Of a stretch of DNA of 64,000 bases, positions 1-10,145 are shown piece by piece. A program made the translations under genes and the position numbers. Position 1 is the first letter of the stretch, and each line of letters starts with the position of its first letter. The stretch comes from Polyangiales bacterium (GTDB lineage Bacteria > Myxococcota_A > Polyangia > Polyangiales > Polyangiaceae). The stretch spans positions 128,001 through 192,000 of the forward strand of contig JBBRLQ010000013.1 in NCBI GenBank assembly GCA_038231275.1, written 5' to 3'. Under the pieces are notes generated by a model. It did not search any database. It was not told the DNA's origin and worked only from the letters and a program-made list of their open reading frames with translations.

Positions 1-1070
1 TCTCGTGGGGCCGGCAAAACTGGTTTCCGTACTGGAAGGCCGAGCACGAGGCGGCGCGCGAGGGCGTCATCCTCATGGACATGTCGTTCATGGCGAAGTT
101 CCTCGTGCAGGGACGCGACGCCGGCAAGATCCTGAACCACATCTCGGCCAACAACGTCGACGGTCCCGCGGGGATGATCACGTACACGCAATGGCTGAAC
201 CACCTCGGCAAGCTCGAGGCCGATCTCACGGTGACGAAGCTCGGAGACGAGCGCTACTGGGTGGTCGCGTCGGACACCGCGCACCGCCACGCCGATACGT
301 GGATGCGCCGGCACATGGCCGACGCGCACGCGTTCGTGACCGACGTGACGAGCGGCTACGCGCAGCTCAACGTGCAGGGACCTCGCTCGCGCGAGCTCAT
401 GCAAAGCATCACGTCGGCGGACTTGTCGAACGAGGCGTTCCCGTTCCGCACCGCGCGCGAGATCGACGTCGGCTTCGCGCGCGTGCTGTGCGTACGCATC
501 ACGTACCTCGGCGAGCTCGGCTACGAGCTCTACATCCCGACCGAGCAAGCCGCGCACGTCTACGATCGCATCATCGAGGCCGGCAAGAAGGTCGGCCTCC
601 GCCACGCAGGCCTCAAGGCGCTCGCGAGCCTGCGCATGGAGAAGGGCTACCGCGATTACGGTCACGACATCGACAACACCGACTCGGTCCTCGAGGCGGG
701 CCTCGGCTTCGCGGTGGATCTGAAGAAGGAGGGCGGCTTCCTCGGCAAGGAGGCGGTCCTCGCGAAGAAGGCCGAGGGGCCGTTGAAGCGACGTATCGTG
801 CAGGTCCTCTTGAAGGATCCCGAGCCGATGATGTTCCACGCCGAGATCGTGCGGCGCGACGGCAAGGCAGTGGGCTATGTGCGCGCCGCGTCGTACGGCT
901 TCACGGTCGGCGGCGCGGTAGGCCTCGCGATGATCGAAGCCGGCGAGCCGTGCGACGCCGCGTACCTCGCGAAGGGGACGTGGGAGGTCGAAATCGCCAA
1001 CGTTCGGTACCCCGCGATGGCGTCGATGAAGCCGCTTTTCGACCCTGAAAACAAGAAGATCAAGGCATGA
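1..1070 (+). CDS. GcvT-family aminomethyltransferase region of an FAD-dependent dimethylglycine/sarcosine dehydrogenase-like protein (5' truncated by window)
   Basis: Frame open from window start (SWGRQNWF...EH..AREGV..MDMS); motifs QGPRSRE, RITYLGELGYE, LRMEKGYRDYG, FDPEN. Confidence 0.85.
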   Translation, partial: SWGRQNWFPYWKAEHEAAREGVILMDMSFMAKFLVQGRDAGKILNHISANNVDGPAGMITYTQWLNHLGKLEADLTVTKLGDERYWVVASDTAHRHADTWMRRHMADAHAFVTDVTSGYAQLNVQGPRSRELMQSITSADLSNEAFPFRTAREIDVGFARVLCVRITYLGELGYELYIPTEQAAHVYDRIIEAGKKVGLRHAGLKALASLRMEKGYRDYGHDIDNTDSVLEAGLGFAVDLKKEGGFLGKEAVLAKKAEGPLKRRIVQVLLKDPEPMMFHAEIVRRDGKAVGYVRAASYGFTVGGAVGLAMIEAGEPCDAAYLAKGTWEVEIANVRYPAMASMKPLFDPENKKIKA

Positions 1071-1116
1071 CAAATTTCGGTGGGGAGCTTCTGACCGCCG
1101 CGACGTAGGTTGATGT

Positions 1117-1710
1117 GTGGTGCGAAGCCCGCTCGCCGATGCCTTGGGGGATTTGGCGTTCACTCCGCCGCCCGTGTGGAGAGCGCGGACCGTCCTCGAG
1201 TACCTCGCGCCCGACGCGTGGCACTACGCGTACCCGCCGAGCGTGATCGTCATCCGCGAGCCGATGCGCGACGAGGACTCGGTCGAGGCGCTCGTGAATC
1301 GCCAGGTCGATCACGTGGCGACGCTCCCAAGTGGACGCGTCTTGCGGCGCACCGAGCTGACGGTCGACGGACTGCCGGCAATGGAGCTCGCCTACGAGTG
1401 GATGGGCGCGCGCGAGATCGGCGGTATCCAGCAGATCACCACGCTCGTCGAGAGTCACGCCGACGGCAGGCGAATCGTCACTAGCTTCACCACCGTCTGC
1501 GCGGTCAGCGACGCCGCCTTCCTCGCGCCGATCTTCCGCGCGATGCTCGACTCGGTGCGCGTCGGCCAGCGCTCGGTCTCCGCCGTGGTGCCCGCGCCCG
1601 ACTCCGAGCCGACGCTGCCCGCGATGGTCACGCCCTTCTCCGTGGGCTACTCGCCAGCAATCCTCGACGTGCCGATGCCCGGGATGCGGCAACGACGACG
1701 CGACGGCTGA
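1117..1710 (+). CDS. Hypothetical protein, DcrB/DUF1795 (PsbP-like) fold
   Basis: PSVIVIREP...TVDGLPAMELAYEW...QQ pattern resembles DUF1795. Confidence 0.5.
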   Translation: MVRSPLADALGDLAFTPPPVWRARTVLEYLAPDAWHYAYPPSVIVIREPMRDEDSVEALVNRQVDHVATLPSGRVLRRTELTVDGLPAMELAYEWMGAREIGGIQQITTLVESHADGRRIVTSFTTVCAVSDAAFLAPIFRAMLDSVRVGQRSVSAVVPAPDSEPTLPAMVTPFSVGYSPAILDVPMPGMRQRRRDG

Positions 1711-1717
1711 ACGCGCC

Positions 1718-2143
1718 TCAGCGCGTGCGGCGCTCGTGGGCGTCGAGGAGGCCGCGGTAGACGCGCGGGTTCGGTTTGTAACGATCGCCGAAGAACTCGC
1801 CGTCGTCGCCGTTCACGACGCGCGCGATCGCGGCGGCGACGGCGGGCGAGCGCGAGAAGCCGGCGTCGCAGTGGACGAGCAGCCGCTCGATCTTCGGGCG
1901 GTGAAGCTCGACGAAGTCCCAGATCGAGGTCGCGTGGGTCGGCGAGAAGAGCGTGTCCTCGGGGTGGACGCTCGACGCGCGCTCGATGTCCACGAACGAC
2001 AGGCGCAAGATCCCGAGGCACGCGTCGGTCGTGCGCAGACGCGCGACGTCGTCGGCGTGGCTGGTGATCGAGATGATGACGTGCGGCGCGTCGTGCGGAC
2101 GCACCGCCTCGATGGCGCTTCGGCTGTAGACGAAGAACTCCAC
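1718..2143 (-). CDS. Predicted protein-tyrosine phosphatase (CX5R)
   Basis: VHCDAGFSRS P-loop; GTG start preceded by GGAG. Confidence 0.8.
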   Translation of the reverse strand: MEFFVYSRSAIEAVRPHDAPHVIISITSHADDVARLRTTDACLGILRLSFVDIERASSVHPEDTLFSPTHATSIWDFVELHRPKIERLLVHCDAGFSRSPAVAAAIARVVNGDDGEFFGDRYKPNPRVYRGLLDAHERRTR

Positions 2144-2236
2144 TGTCTCCCGTACCCCCTGGCGCGAGGGTATCGAAAGCGGCCCCCCGAAACGATGCAA
2201 ATTGACGCGCGCGCGCGACCCAAGCACGCTCACGCC

Positions 2237-3022
2237 ATGAGCGAACGAATCACGCGGGAGCGCGACGGCCACGTCCTCTTGATGGGCGTCAACCGCGCCG
2301 AGAAGCGAAACGCCTTCGATCTCGCGACCCTCGCCGGGCTCGCGGCCGCCTATGAGGAGCTCGCCGAGGATCCGGAGCTGCGCGTCGGCGTCGTCTTCGG
2401 ACACGGCGATCACTTCTCGGCAGGGCTCGATCTCGCGGAGGTCGGTCCGCACGTCGCCACGCACGGACCGCAGGCGCTCGCTGGCGGAAAGAAATACGAC
2501 CCCTTCGGCGTCTGGGGGCCGCCGGTGCCCAAGCCCATCGTGATGGCGGTGAGCGGGATCGCGTTCACGTTGAGCATCGAGCTCGCCCTCGCGAGCGACG
2601 TCGTGATCGCCGCCGAAGGCGTGCGCTTCCGTCAGCTCGAGATCGGCCGTGGCATCTTACCGTTCGGCGGCGCCACGATCCGCGCGACGACGCAGCTCGG
2701 ATGGGGCAACGCGATGCGCTTCCTCCTGACGGCCGAGGAGTTCGGGGCGGCCGAAGCGCTGCGCATCGGGCTCGTACAAGAGGTCGTTCCGGCGGGCCAG
2801 CACGTCACGCGCGCGCGAGCGATCGCGCAGCTCATCGCGCGTCAGGCGCCGCTCGGCGTGCAAGGGACGCTGGCGAACGCGCGCGTCGCGGCGAGGGAGG
2901 GCATGACCGCAGCGACGACGCACCTTGCGAGCCTCCTGCCCGCGATCATGGCGAGCGAGGACGCGCAGGAGGGCGTGAAGAGCTTCCTCGAACGACGCGA
3001 GGCGAAGTTCTCGGGCCGCTGA
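2237..3022 (+). CDS. Crotonase/enoyl-CoA hydratase family protein
   Basis: NRAEKRNAF, FSAGLDL, ELALASD, EAxRIGLVQEVV motifs. Confidence 0.9.
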   Translation: MSERITRERDGHVLLMGVNRAEKRNAFDLATLAGLAAAYEELAEDPELRVGVVFGHGDHFSAGLDLAEVGPHVATHGPQALAGGKKYDPFGVWGPPVPKPIVMAVSGIAFTLSIELALASDVVIAAEGVRFRQLEIGRGILPFGGATIRATTQLGWGNAMRFLLTAEEFGAAEALRIGLVQEVVPAGQHVTRARAIAQLIARQAPLGVQGTLANARVAAREGMTAATTHLASLLPAIMASEDAQEGVKSFLERREAKFSGR

Positions 3023-3043
3023 GATGCCCCCACGGAGGAGCGT

Positions 3044-3430
3044 CTAACCGCGCGCGGCTCGCGAGGCCTTCTTGCGGGTCTTGCCAGGCTTCTTCGCCTT
3101 GGCGGGCTTGGCGGCCTTCGGGGGCGGCGGAAGCGCGGCGCCCGAGACGATGTCGGCCTCGGCCGCGGAGCTGGTTTCGGGCTTCTCTGCAGGGGCAGCG
3201 GTTTTTTCCGCCACGAGCGCCTTCGGCTCGTCGGCCTTCGCACCCGCCGCCGACTGGATCGGCGGATCCGCCTTGGCGCTTGCGCCATCCGACGACGGCC
3301 CGCTCCAGCCCTTCTCGGTGAAGTCCTGGGACTCGACGTGTTTCTGCGCGCCGCCGCACGCAGTTGCGAGTGCGAGTGCGAAGGCCAGGGGGAATGCGAG
3401 TGCGAGCTGGGTGAGAATTCGGGTGTGCAT
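3044..3430 (-). CDS. Small Ala/Pro/Lys-rich lipoprotein
   Basis: Signal peptide with lipobox (ATAC), GAGGAG RBS. Confidence 0.65.
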   Translation of the reverse strand: MHTRILTQLALAFPLAFALALATACGGAQKHVESQDFTEKGWSGPSSDGASAKADPPIQSAAGAKADEPKALVAEKTAAPAEKPETSSAAEADIVSGAALPPPPKAAKPAKAKKPGKTRKKASRAARG

Positions 3431-3513
3431 CTGCGTCTCCTCGGGGAGATGCAATGCAAGAAGGCTGACAACGTACGCGAACCGCCCCTGCGGAATCTGG
3501 CGCTACCGGCGGA

Positions 3514-4161
3514 TCAGCGCGCCGCTTCGAGGCGCCTTGCGAACGCGACGAGCGGCTCCGCGACGCGCGCGAGGAGGCGGCTGTCCCCCTCTTCGATCAT
3601 CTTGCAGTTGCCGTAGAGCGACGCGTCGGCGAGCGTCGGCGCGCTGCCGAAGAGGAAGGGCTGCTTGGCGAGCGTCGCGAGGGTTGGGCCGAGGAGGTGG
3701 CGCGCGCGCTCGATGAGGGTCGCCTGATCGCGCTTCCACACGTCGAGGCAACCCGCGCCGAACTTCCGCTCCTTCACGAGCGTGTAGAGGGCGCGATCGC
3801 CGGGCGTCGGCCACGCGTCGCGCACGGCGGGCGACGCGATGCGGAAGAGGACGTCCTCGAGCGCGCCGTCCACGAAGTCGTGGTACGCCCAAATCGGCCC
3901 CTCGAACGGCGACGGCACCAGACGCGCGCCCCGCGGCTTTGCGACGAGCCGCTCGCAGATCGCGCGGGACTCGGTGACGACCGTGCCGTCGTCTTCCACG
4001 AGCACCGGGACGTAGATGTACCCGCCGGTCACGGTCGCGAGCTCGTTGCGATCGCTGTACGGCACCTCCACCGTGTCATAGGTCTCCCCCATGAGGTCGA
4101 GCACCATCTGGACTTTTCGCGCATACGGGCTGTAGCGGAATCGATAGAGCTTCATACCCAT
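3514..4161 (-). CDS. Glutathione S-transferase family protein
   Basis: SPYARKV, VPVL, ES.AI, FLFG..PTLADA motifs. Confidence 0.85.
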   Translation of the reverse strand: MGMKLYRFRYSPYARKVQMVLDLMGETYDTVEVPYSDRNELATVTGGYIYVPVLVEDDGTVVTESRAICERLVAKPRGARLVPSPFEGPIWAYHDFVDGALEDVLFRIASPAVRDAWPTPGDRALYTLVKERKFGAGCLDVWKRDQATLIERARHLLGPTLATLAKQPFLFGSAPTLADASLYGNCKMIEEGDSRLLARVAEPLVAFARRLEAAR

Positions 4162-4211
4162 TGGTTTACGCCGCCGCGCGGACACCTACGAGCTCCCTTT
4201 CTTCATCCGTC

Positions 4212-4230
4212 ACATGAGGATCTCTCATGT
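4212..4230. promoter_or_regulatory. LysR-type operator (T-N11-A) between divergent GST and LysR genes
   Basis: Perfect inverted repeat ACATGAG-N5-CTCATGT. Confidence 0.7.
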
Positions 4231-4242
4231 ATCCTCGAGCCG

Positions 4243-5160
4243 GTGAAGAGCGACGAGGTCCCTGCGCCCCTGCCGCCGCTGAACGCGCTGCGGGCGTTCG
4301 AGTCGGCGGCGCGTCACCTCAGCTTCACGCGCGCCGGCGCCGAGCTGTTCGTGACGCAGACGGCGATCAGCCATCAGATCAAGCTCCTCGAGGGATACCT
4401 CGGGCGGCCGCTCTTCGTCCGTGGGCACCGCGCGCTCACGCTCACGGTGGACGGACAAGCGTGGGCGAGCGAGCTTCGTGAGATCTTCGGGCGGCTCGAG
4501 CAGGCCAACCGCCGACTTCGCGCGCGCCCCGCGGCGGAGCGACCGGTCGTGGCGGTGAGCGTCATCCCTTCATTCGGCGCCGGCTGGCTCGTGCCGCGCC
4601 TCGGGCGCTTCCTCGCCGCCCACCCCGGCATCGACGTGCGCATCTCCGCGAGCGGTCACCTCGTCGACTTCGGGACGGAGCCGATTGATCTGGGAATCCG
4701 CTTCGGGCGCGGGCGCTATCCGGGGCTCGTCGTCGAGAAGCTCGCCAACGACGCGCTCGTCGTCGTGTGCGCGCCGGCGCTTCGCGCACGCAGGCGGCTC
4801 GCATCGCCGGCGGATCTGCGGCGCCACGTGCTCCTTCACGACGACGATCCCGACGCGTGGCGCCGATGGCTCGTCGCGCACGGCCCCGCCGGGGTGGATC
4901 CAACGCGCGGCACCGTCCTCACCGACTCGCGCATGCTCGTCGCGGCGGCAGTCGAGGGGCAGGGCGTGGCGCTCGCGCGACGGTCGCTCGCGATGGACGA
5001 GCTCGCAGCGGGGCGCCTCGTTCTCCCGTTTCCGAAGATTCGGCCGCTCCCCGTCGCGAACGCGTACTACGTCGTCGCGCCGCGGAGCGCGCTCGCCCGC
5101 GCCGAGGTCCGCGCGTTCCGCGATTGGATCCGTGACGAGAGCGAAGCCTTGCGCGGATGA
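4243..5160 (+). CDS. LysR-family regulator, GcvA-like
   Basis: LPPLNALRAFESAARHLSFTRA..EL.VTQ.AISHQIK HTH plus substrate-binding domain. Confidence 0.9.
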   Translation: MKSDEVPAPLPPLNALRAFESAARHLSFTRAGAELFVTQTAISHQIKLLEGYLGRPLFVRGHRALTLTVDGQAWASELREIFGRLEQANRRLRARPAAERPVVAVSVIPSFGAGWLVPRLGRFLAAHPGIDVRISASGHLVDFGTEPIDLGIRFGRGRYPGLVVEKLANDALVVVCAPALRARRRLASPADLRRHVLLHDDDPDAWRRWLVAHGPAGVDPTRGTVLTDSRMLVAAAVEGQGVALARRSLAMDELAAGRLVLPFPKIRPLPVANAYYVVAPRSALARAEVRAFRDWIRDESEALRG

Positions 5161-5173
5161 ACCGGCGTCACCG

Positions 5174-6274
5174 TCACATCACCCCGCGGCGGAGATCGGC
5201 GGCGAGCAGACGATGGAAGAGGTGCTCTCCCGCCTCGCGCCGCACCGACAAGCGCCCCGCGCCGTACGCGCGCGACTTGAGCCCCCGCTGCACCGACGCG
5301 CAGATCGCGTGATCTTCGTCCTGGATGCCGGCCGACACCGCGATGCTCTTCGCGTTGCGCTCGCGTGCCGCCTCGCTCGTGTCGGCGAAGTAGAAATCGA
5401 AGACGACCTTCATCGCGTTGGGGCCCATCGGAACGACGAGGTTCGTGTCGAGGTAGCCCTCGTACCAGTTGAGCATCAGGTTCGGGTACAGCCAGAAATA
5501 CTGGGCTCTCCCCTTTCGCACCTGCGACGTCATCGCGTCGCCGGTCCCCGCCTCGATCGGCGACGACTGGAGGCAGAAGCGATCCATGCACTCGATCGTG
5601 TACTCGCCGAACGGCAAGATGCTGTTCAAGCCGCGATGCAAGAACGGGATGTGGTAGCCGCCGTCCAGGTAGTTGTCGACGAACACCTTCCAGTTGCAGG
5701 CGATCGTCCACTCGCGACGCTCCACGAACTGGAGCGCGCCGAGGCCGAGCGGCGCGGCCATCGGCACCATCCGCCCCAGGTACTCCTCGAGCGCCGGCGG
5801 GCGCGCGCCGAGGTGAACGAAGACGAGGTTCTCCCACGACGCGACGCTCACGGGGACGAGCCCGTTGTCCTCTTTCGCGAAGCGGCACACGCCGTCCCAC
5901 TCGGGGACGACCTTGAGGTGACCTTCGAGAGAGTACGTCCAGCCGTGGTACGGACACCGCAAGCGCTCGGCGCGCCCCTCCGGTTCCGTCATCACGGCCG
6001 CCGCGTGGTGGCGGCACACGTTGTAGAATGCACGCAAAATGCCGTCTTTTCCCCGAACGACGACGATGGGCTCGCCGCCGACGGTGGCAGTGACGTACTG
6101 ACCGGGCGCCGCGACTTGATCGCCGCGCGCCGCGAGCTGCCACGTCGCACCGAAGACCTCGCGCTCCTCGAGGTCGAGCACGCGCGGATCGGTGTACCAG
6201 CCGCCGGGGATGGTGCGCGCCTCCTCGAGCGGGAGATCGGGATCGTAGCTGGCGATGAGCGCACCGAGGGACAT
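5174..6274 (-). CDS. Rieske oxygenase alpha subunit, choline monooxygenase-like
   Basis: CRHH...CPYHGW Rieske motif; NWK.FVDNYLDGGYH..LH mononuclear Fe site. Confidence 0.85.
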   Translation of the reverse strand: MSLGALIASYDPDLPLEEARTIPGGWYTDPRVLDLEEREVFGATWQLAARGDQVAAPGQYVTATVGGEPIVVVRGKDGILRAFYNVCRHHAAAVMTEPEGRAERLRCPYHGWTYSLEGHLKVVPEWDGVCRFAKEDNGLVPVSVASWENLVFVHLGARPPALEEYLGRMVPMAAPLGLGALQFVERREWTIACNWKVFVDNYLDGGYHIPFLHRGLNSILPFGEYTIECMDRFCLQSSPIEAGTGDAMTSQVRKGRAQYFWLYPNLMLNWYEGYLDTNLVVPMGPNAMKVVFDFYFADTSEAARERNAKSIAVSAGIQDEDHAICASVQRGLKSRAYGAGRLSVRREAGEHLFHRLLAADLRRGVM

Positions 6275-6286
6275 GCCTTCTCTCCT

Positions 6287-7699
6287 TCAACCCACCGGAG
6301 CTCTGAGGCGCAGCTCACGCCTGATCAGGAACGCGCACGCGACGAACTGGAGCGACACCGACGCGACCGAGAGCTGCCAGATCGTATGCATCTCGAAGCC
6401 CGCGCGGCCCGATAGCCACAGGACCGGGAGCACGAAGGAGACGGCGCGCGTGGCCGATGCCATCAAGGACGGCCACGTGTTGCCGAGGCCCTGGAAGACG
6501 CCGGCGATGACGAACACGAGGCCGCTCGCGACGTAGTTGTACGAGACCGTCTTCAGGTAGTCGACGCCGACCGCGACGACCTTGGGATCGTCGGAAAAGA
6601 CGCCGAGGAACGCGGCGGGCGCGACGTGGCAAACGAGTGTGAAGGCGAGCATGAAGGCGATGATCAGCTTCGCGCTCTCTCGGAGCGCCTCGCGCACGCG
6701 GTCGAATTTTCGCGACCCGAAGTTCTGCCCGACGACGGCCGCGGCCGAGAAGCTGATCGCCACCGCGGGCATGAAGCCGGCCTGCATCACGCGGCCGCCG
6801 ATGCCGAAGCCAGCCTGCGCCTCGGCGCCGAACGGGCGCGTGACGACGTAGATGACGCCCATGATGATCGACATGAGCAGGAACTCGGCGCCCGCCGGCA
6901 AGCCGATCCCGAGCATGCGCCCCCACACCGCGAAGTCGGGGCGCCACGACGCAAGGCGCAGGCGGAGGAAGGTCTCCTTGCGGCGCAAGTAGAGGAGGAG
7001 GCCGACGACCGCAGCGAACGTCGAGAACAGCGTCGCGAGGGCCGCCCCACCGACGCCGAGGGGATGGCCCGAGCCCCAGCCGAAGATGAGGAACGGCGCG
7101 AGGACCATGTTGAGCAGGACGCTCAGCGTCTGCGCGATGAGTCCCGGTTTCATGTCGCCGATGCCGCGGAGCGCCGACCCGAGGCCGACCATCGTGAACT
7201 GGAGCGCGAGCGCCGGCATGAAGCCGAGGAGGAAGGTGCCGGCGAGCTCCGCGGTCACGCGATCGCCGGCGAGGCCCTCGGCGTACGTGCGCCGCAGCGC
7301 GAGACAGGCGGCGAGGAAGACGAGGCCCGCGACCGTGGAGAGGCTCTGCGCCTGGTTGAAGAGGCGCTGGACCTCGTCGTTCTCTTTGCGACCTGCCGCC
7401 TGCGAGACGAGCGCGACGCACCCGACCGACAGCATCTGCGTCACCGCGAGCGAGACGAACATCAGGTTGCTCGAGAGCGCGACGGCGGCGACCGCCTCCT
7501 TGCCGAGGCGGCCGACCCAGTAGATGTCGACGAGCCCGTAGAGCGTCTGGATCGCGAGACCGGCGAGGACGAAGAGCATCATGCGCACGACGTGCCCGCG
7601 GATGCTGCCGACGGTCATGTCGTGGACGCCGCTCTTGGCAGGCGCGGCCGGTCGGGCCGGTTCGACCGGCGGGCTCTCGGGTTCGGCGGGCGCGTCCAT
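6287..7699 (-). CDS. MATE family efflux transporter
   Basis: About 12 hydrophobic segments; DIYWVGRLG..AVAA, LRG.GD, GA.LAT, GQN.G motifs. Confidence 0.9.
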   Translation of the reverse strand: MDAPAEPESPPVEPARPAAPAKSGVHDMTVGSIRGHVVRMMLFVLAGLAIQTLYGLVDIYWVGRLGKEAVAAVALSSNLMFVSLAVTQMLSVGCVALVSQAAGRKENDEVQRLFNQAQSLSTVAGLVFLAACLALRRTYAEGLAGDRVTAELAGTFLLGFMPALALQFTMVGLGSALRGIGDMKPGLIAQTLSVLLNMVLAPFLIFGWGSGHPLGVGGAALATLFSTFAAVVGLLLYLRRKETFLRLRLASWRPDFAVWGRMLGIGLPAGAEFLLMSIIMGVIYVVTRPFGAEAQAGFGIGGRVMQAGFMPAVAISFSAAAVVGQNFGSRKFDRVREALRESAKLIIAFMLAFTLVCHVAPAAFLGVFSDDPKVVAVGVDYLKTVSYNYVASGLVFVIAGVFQGLGNTWPSLMASATRAVSFVLPVLWLSGRAGFEMHTIWQLSVASVSLQFVACAFLIRRELRLRAPVG

Positions 7700-7864
7700 G
7701 GCGGCTGGCGTTACGTTATACCGGCCCTGAAGCCACCGCGCGCGCGTGAACGCCGGTTCTCGGCCCGCGCGTCGCCGATGGCGCGGCCGCCGGCGGGCGC
7801 CGCGACAAACCGCTCGAAAAGAGGCGCTTTCGTGCGTCGGCACGGGAGATGCGAAGGGGCGGGC

Positions 7865-8368
7865 ATGTCGCGCACTCGCCTCCTCTCGCTCGTCCCGATG
7901 GTCGTCACTTCGCTCCTCCTCGGAGGGTGTGGCTGCGACGCCGCGGGGGGACGCGCGACCGAGGCCTCCGTCGTGCAGGTCCCGACCACGGCGGCGACGC
8001 TCGACGTGGAGCTCGGAACCGGCACTGACGGCTTTCACGCTCTCGGCGCGCAGCAGTCGGTGAGCATGGTCCACGGGCCGCAAGGCGGGCAGCACGTTTG
8101 GGTGAGCCTTCGCATCAAAGACGCCGGCTTCGACACGGCCCGCGTCAACTTGAGCGCGCGCTATTCGGAGAACGGAGCGCCCGCCGGCGAGGCGTCCGGA
8201 TGGATCGCCGATCTCAGCGTCCCGATGGACGGCGTGCGCACGCATGCGGGCATGAAGGATTACGTCAGCGGGGTCGCGTCGCCGCGCGTGGTGATTCTGC
8301 GCGCAGAGGTCGTCGCGCCGGACGGGCGGCACGGCGTGGACGAGCGCGCGATCATGCTGACGCCCTGA
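7865..8368 (+). CDS. Hypothetical lipoprotein
   Basis: Lipobox LGGC; ELGTG...F...GPQGG.HVW pattern. Confidence 0.65.
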   Translation: MSRTRLLSLVPMVVTSLLLGGCGCDAAGGRATEASVVQVPTTAATLDVELGTGTDGFHALGAQQSVSMVHGPQGGQHVWVSLRIKDAGFDTARVNLSARYSENGAPAGEASGWIADLSVPMDGVRTHAGMKDYVSGVASPRVVILRAEVVAPDGRHGVDERAIMLTP

Positions 8369-8384
8369 CGACGGCGTCGACGCC

Positions 8385-8939
8385 TCAGCCGCGCGCGCGC
8401 AGGCCGGGGAGCATGCGGCGAAGGCTCGGCGCCGCGAAGCCCGCGGCCTTGCGCGGCGCGAACGCTCCGAAGACGAGCGCGCCGACGACGAACGCCACCA
8501 CCGCGCTCGCGCCCTCGGCCGACAGCGCGCCACCCGAGCGACGCACGACGCGCTCCACCTCGGCGTCCATCACGCGACGCACCTTGGTGAACATGACCGG
8601 ATCACTCAGCGCCTCCGCGAAGATCCCGACCCACGCGCGCGCCGCCGTCGCGTCGCTCCGCCCGTCCAGTGCGAGGGCAGCGCCGATGTAGGCGTCGAGC
8701 GGATCGGCCGCGGAGTGCGCGTCGAGGCGGCGCCGGAATTCCGCGCGCAGCTCGTCGAAGAGCATCTCGTAGAGCTCTTGTTTCCCCGTGAAATAGTGAT
8801 GGAGCAGGCCTGGCGCGATGCCCGCTTCGGCGGCCACCGCCGCCACCGTCGCCCCGCCTCTGCCGTGCGCCCCCAGGACGCGCGCGAAGGCCCGTGCCAG
8901 CTCTGCGCGGCGCTTGGCCCTGAGACTCGGCCGCCCCAT
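8385..8939 (-). CDS. TetR-family regulator, BetI-like
   Basis: MGRPS...RRAEL..A; HTH ATVAAVAAEAGIAPGLLHHYF.GK. Confidence 0.85.
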   Translation of the reverse strand: MGRPSLRAKRRAELARAFARVLGAHGRGGATVAAVAAEAGIAPGLLHHYFTGKQELYEMLFDELRAEFRRRLDAHSAADPLDAYIGAALALDGRSDATAARAWVGIFAEALSDPVMFTKVRRVMDAEVERVVRRSGGALSAEGASAVVAFVVGALVFGAFAPRKAAGFAAPSLRRMLPGLRARG

Positions 8940-8963
8940 AGATTGGTTGTACCACCAATCTAT
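8938..8963. promoter_or_regulatory. TetR/BetI-type operator
   Basis: Perfect inverted repeat ATAGATTGGT-N6-ACCAATCTAT (ATTG-N10-CAAT core) overlapping the TetR start codon. Confidence 0.8.
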
Positions 8964-8981
8964 CTGCCGCACACTTGAGAC

Positions 8982-9596
8982 ATGGCCGATCACAAGACCG
9001 CCGACGTCGCGCGGCGCCTCTCGTTCCAGTGTCCGCCGACGTTGCTGGAGCGCGTGGTCGTGCGCTACGCCGAACCGCACCGGCGATACCACACGTGGGC
9101 GCACATCCTCGCGTGCTTCGACGCGCGCGACGCGCTCACGAGCGCCGCGTCGCCGGCCGTCGACCTGGCGCTGCTCTTTCACGACGCGATCTACGAGCCG
9201 CTCCGTCAGGACAACGAGGCGCGCAGCGCAGCGCTCCTCGTCGAGGAAGGGCGTCGGGCGTGGCTCGACGATCGAATGCTCTCGCGCGCGCAGAACCTCG
9301 TCCTCGCCACCGCGCACGGAAGCGCGACCCACCTCGGAACCGAAGAGGCGAGCATCGTCCTCGACGCCGACTTGTCGATCCTCGGGGGCGACGAGACGAC
9401 GTTCGACGAGTACGAGAGGCTCGTGCGTCAGGAGTACGCGCAGGTCGAGGAGGCCGCGTACTCCGCCGGGCGTCGCGCGATTTTGAGCGCTCTCTTGGCC
9501 CGCGCCACGATCTTCGTGACGCGCGTGGGGCGGGCCCGATGGGAGGAGCCTGCGCGTCGCAACCTCGCGCGGAGCCTCGCGAAGCTCGCCCGGTAA
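8982..9596 (+). CDS. HD-superfamily metal-dependent phosphohydrolase
   Basis: Y.EPHR.YH..HI, FHDAIY, NE..SA, LDADL.ILG motifs. Confidence 0.85.
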   Translation: MADHKTADVARRLSFQCPPTLLERVVVRYAEPHRRYHTWAHILACFDARDALTSAASPAVDLALLFHDAIYEPLRQDNEARSAALLVEEGRRAWLDDRMLSRAQNLVLATAHGSATHLGTEEASIVLDADLSILGGDETTFDEYERLVRQEYAQVEEAAYSAGRRAILSALLARATIFVTRVGRARWEEPARRNLARSLAKLAR

Positions 9597-9656
9597 AAAA
9601 AGTACGCGGCGCCGCATCCTTTCGGGGGTGACGGTCGTCTTCGGGGCGAGGACGAC

Positions 9657-10136
9657 ATGACAAGCGCCAAGACGATCACCAAGCCCGTAGCCACCAAGAC
9701 GAGCAGCGCGTTCCGCATGGATTGCGCGGTCCGCTGCACCATCCAGGCGAGCCCCGACCGGATCTGGGGTCTGCTCACCGACGCGGCGAGCTTCCCGCGC
9801 TGGAACTCCACGGTCACCAAGATCGAAGGATCGATCGCCCCGGGCGAGACGTTGAAGCTCGAGGTCCCCGCGGCGCCGGGACGCGTCTTCAAGCCGAAGG
9901 TCACCGGCTTCGAGCCCGGCCGCTCGATGGTGTGGAGCGACGGCTTCGCGCCCATGTTCAAGGGCGTCCGCACGTTCACGCTCACTGCGACGGCCGACGG
10001 CGCGACCGAGTTCGCGATGCGCGAGGAATTCTCTGGCGTCATGCTCCCGATGATCAAGGGCTCGCTACCGGACTTCGGGCCGGCCTTCGAGGCGTACGCG
10101 GCGGATCTGAAGCGCGAGGCCGAGAAGAACGGGTAG
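9657..10136 (+). CDS. SRPBCC/polyketide cyclase-like protein
   Basis: IQASPDRIW.LLTD...FPRWN; LK.EAE C-terminus. Confidence 0.8.
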   Translation: MTSAKTITKPVATKTSSAFRMDCAVRCTIQASPDRIWGLLTDAASFPRWNSTVTKIEGSIAPGETLKLEVPAAPGRVFKPKVTGFEPGRSMVWSDGFAPMFKGVRTFTLTATADGATEFAMREEFSGVMLPMIKGSLPDFGPAFEAYAADLKREAEKNG

Positions 10137-10145
10137 CGTGATCCG

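Noticed and set aside
1117..1710. DUF1795-like gene as evidence of a T6SS/Rhs locus
   Set aside because: No VgrG, PAAR or Rhs gene nearby
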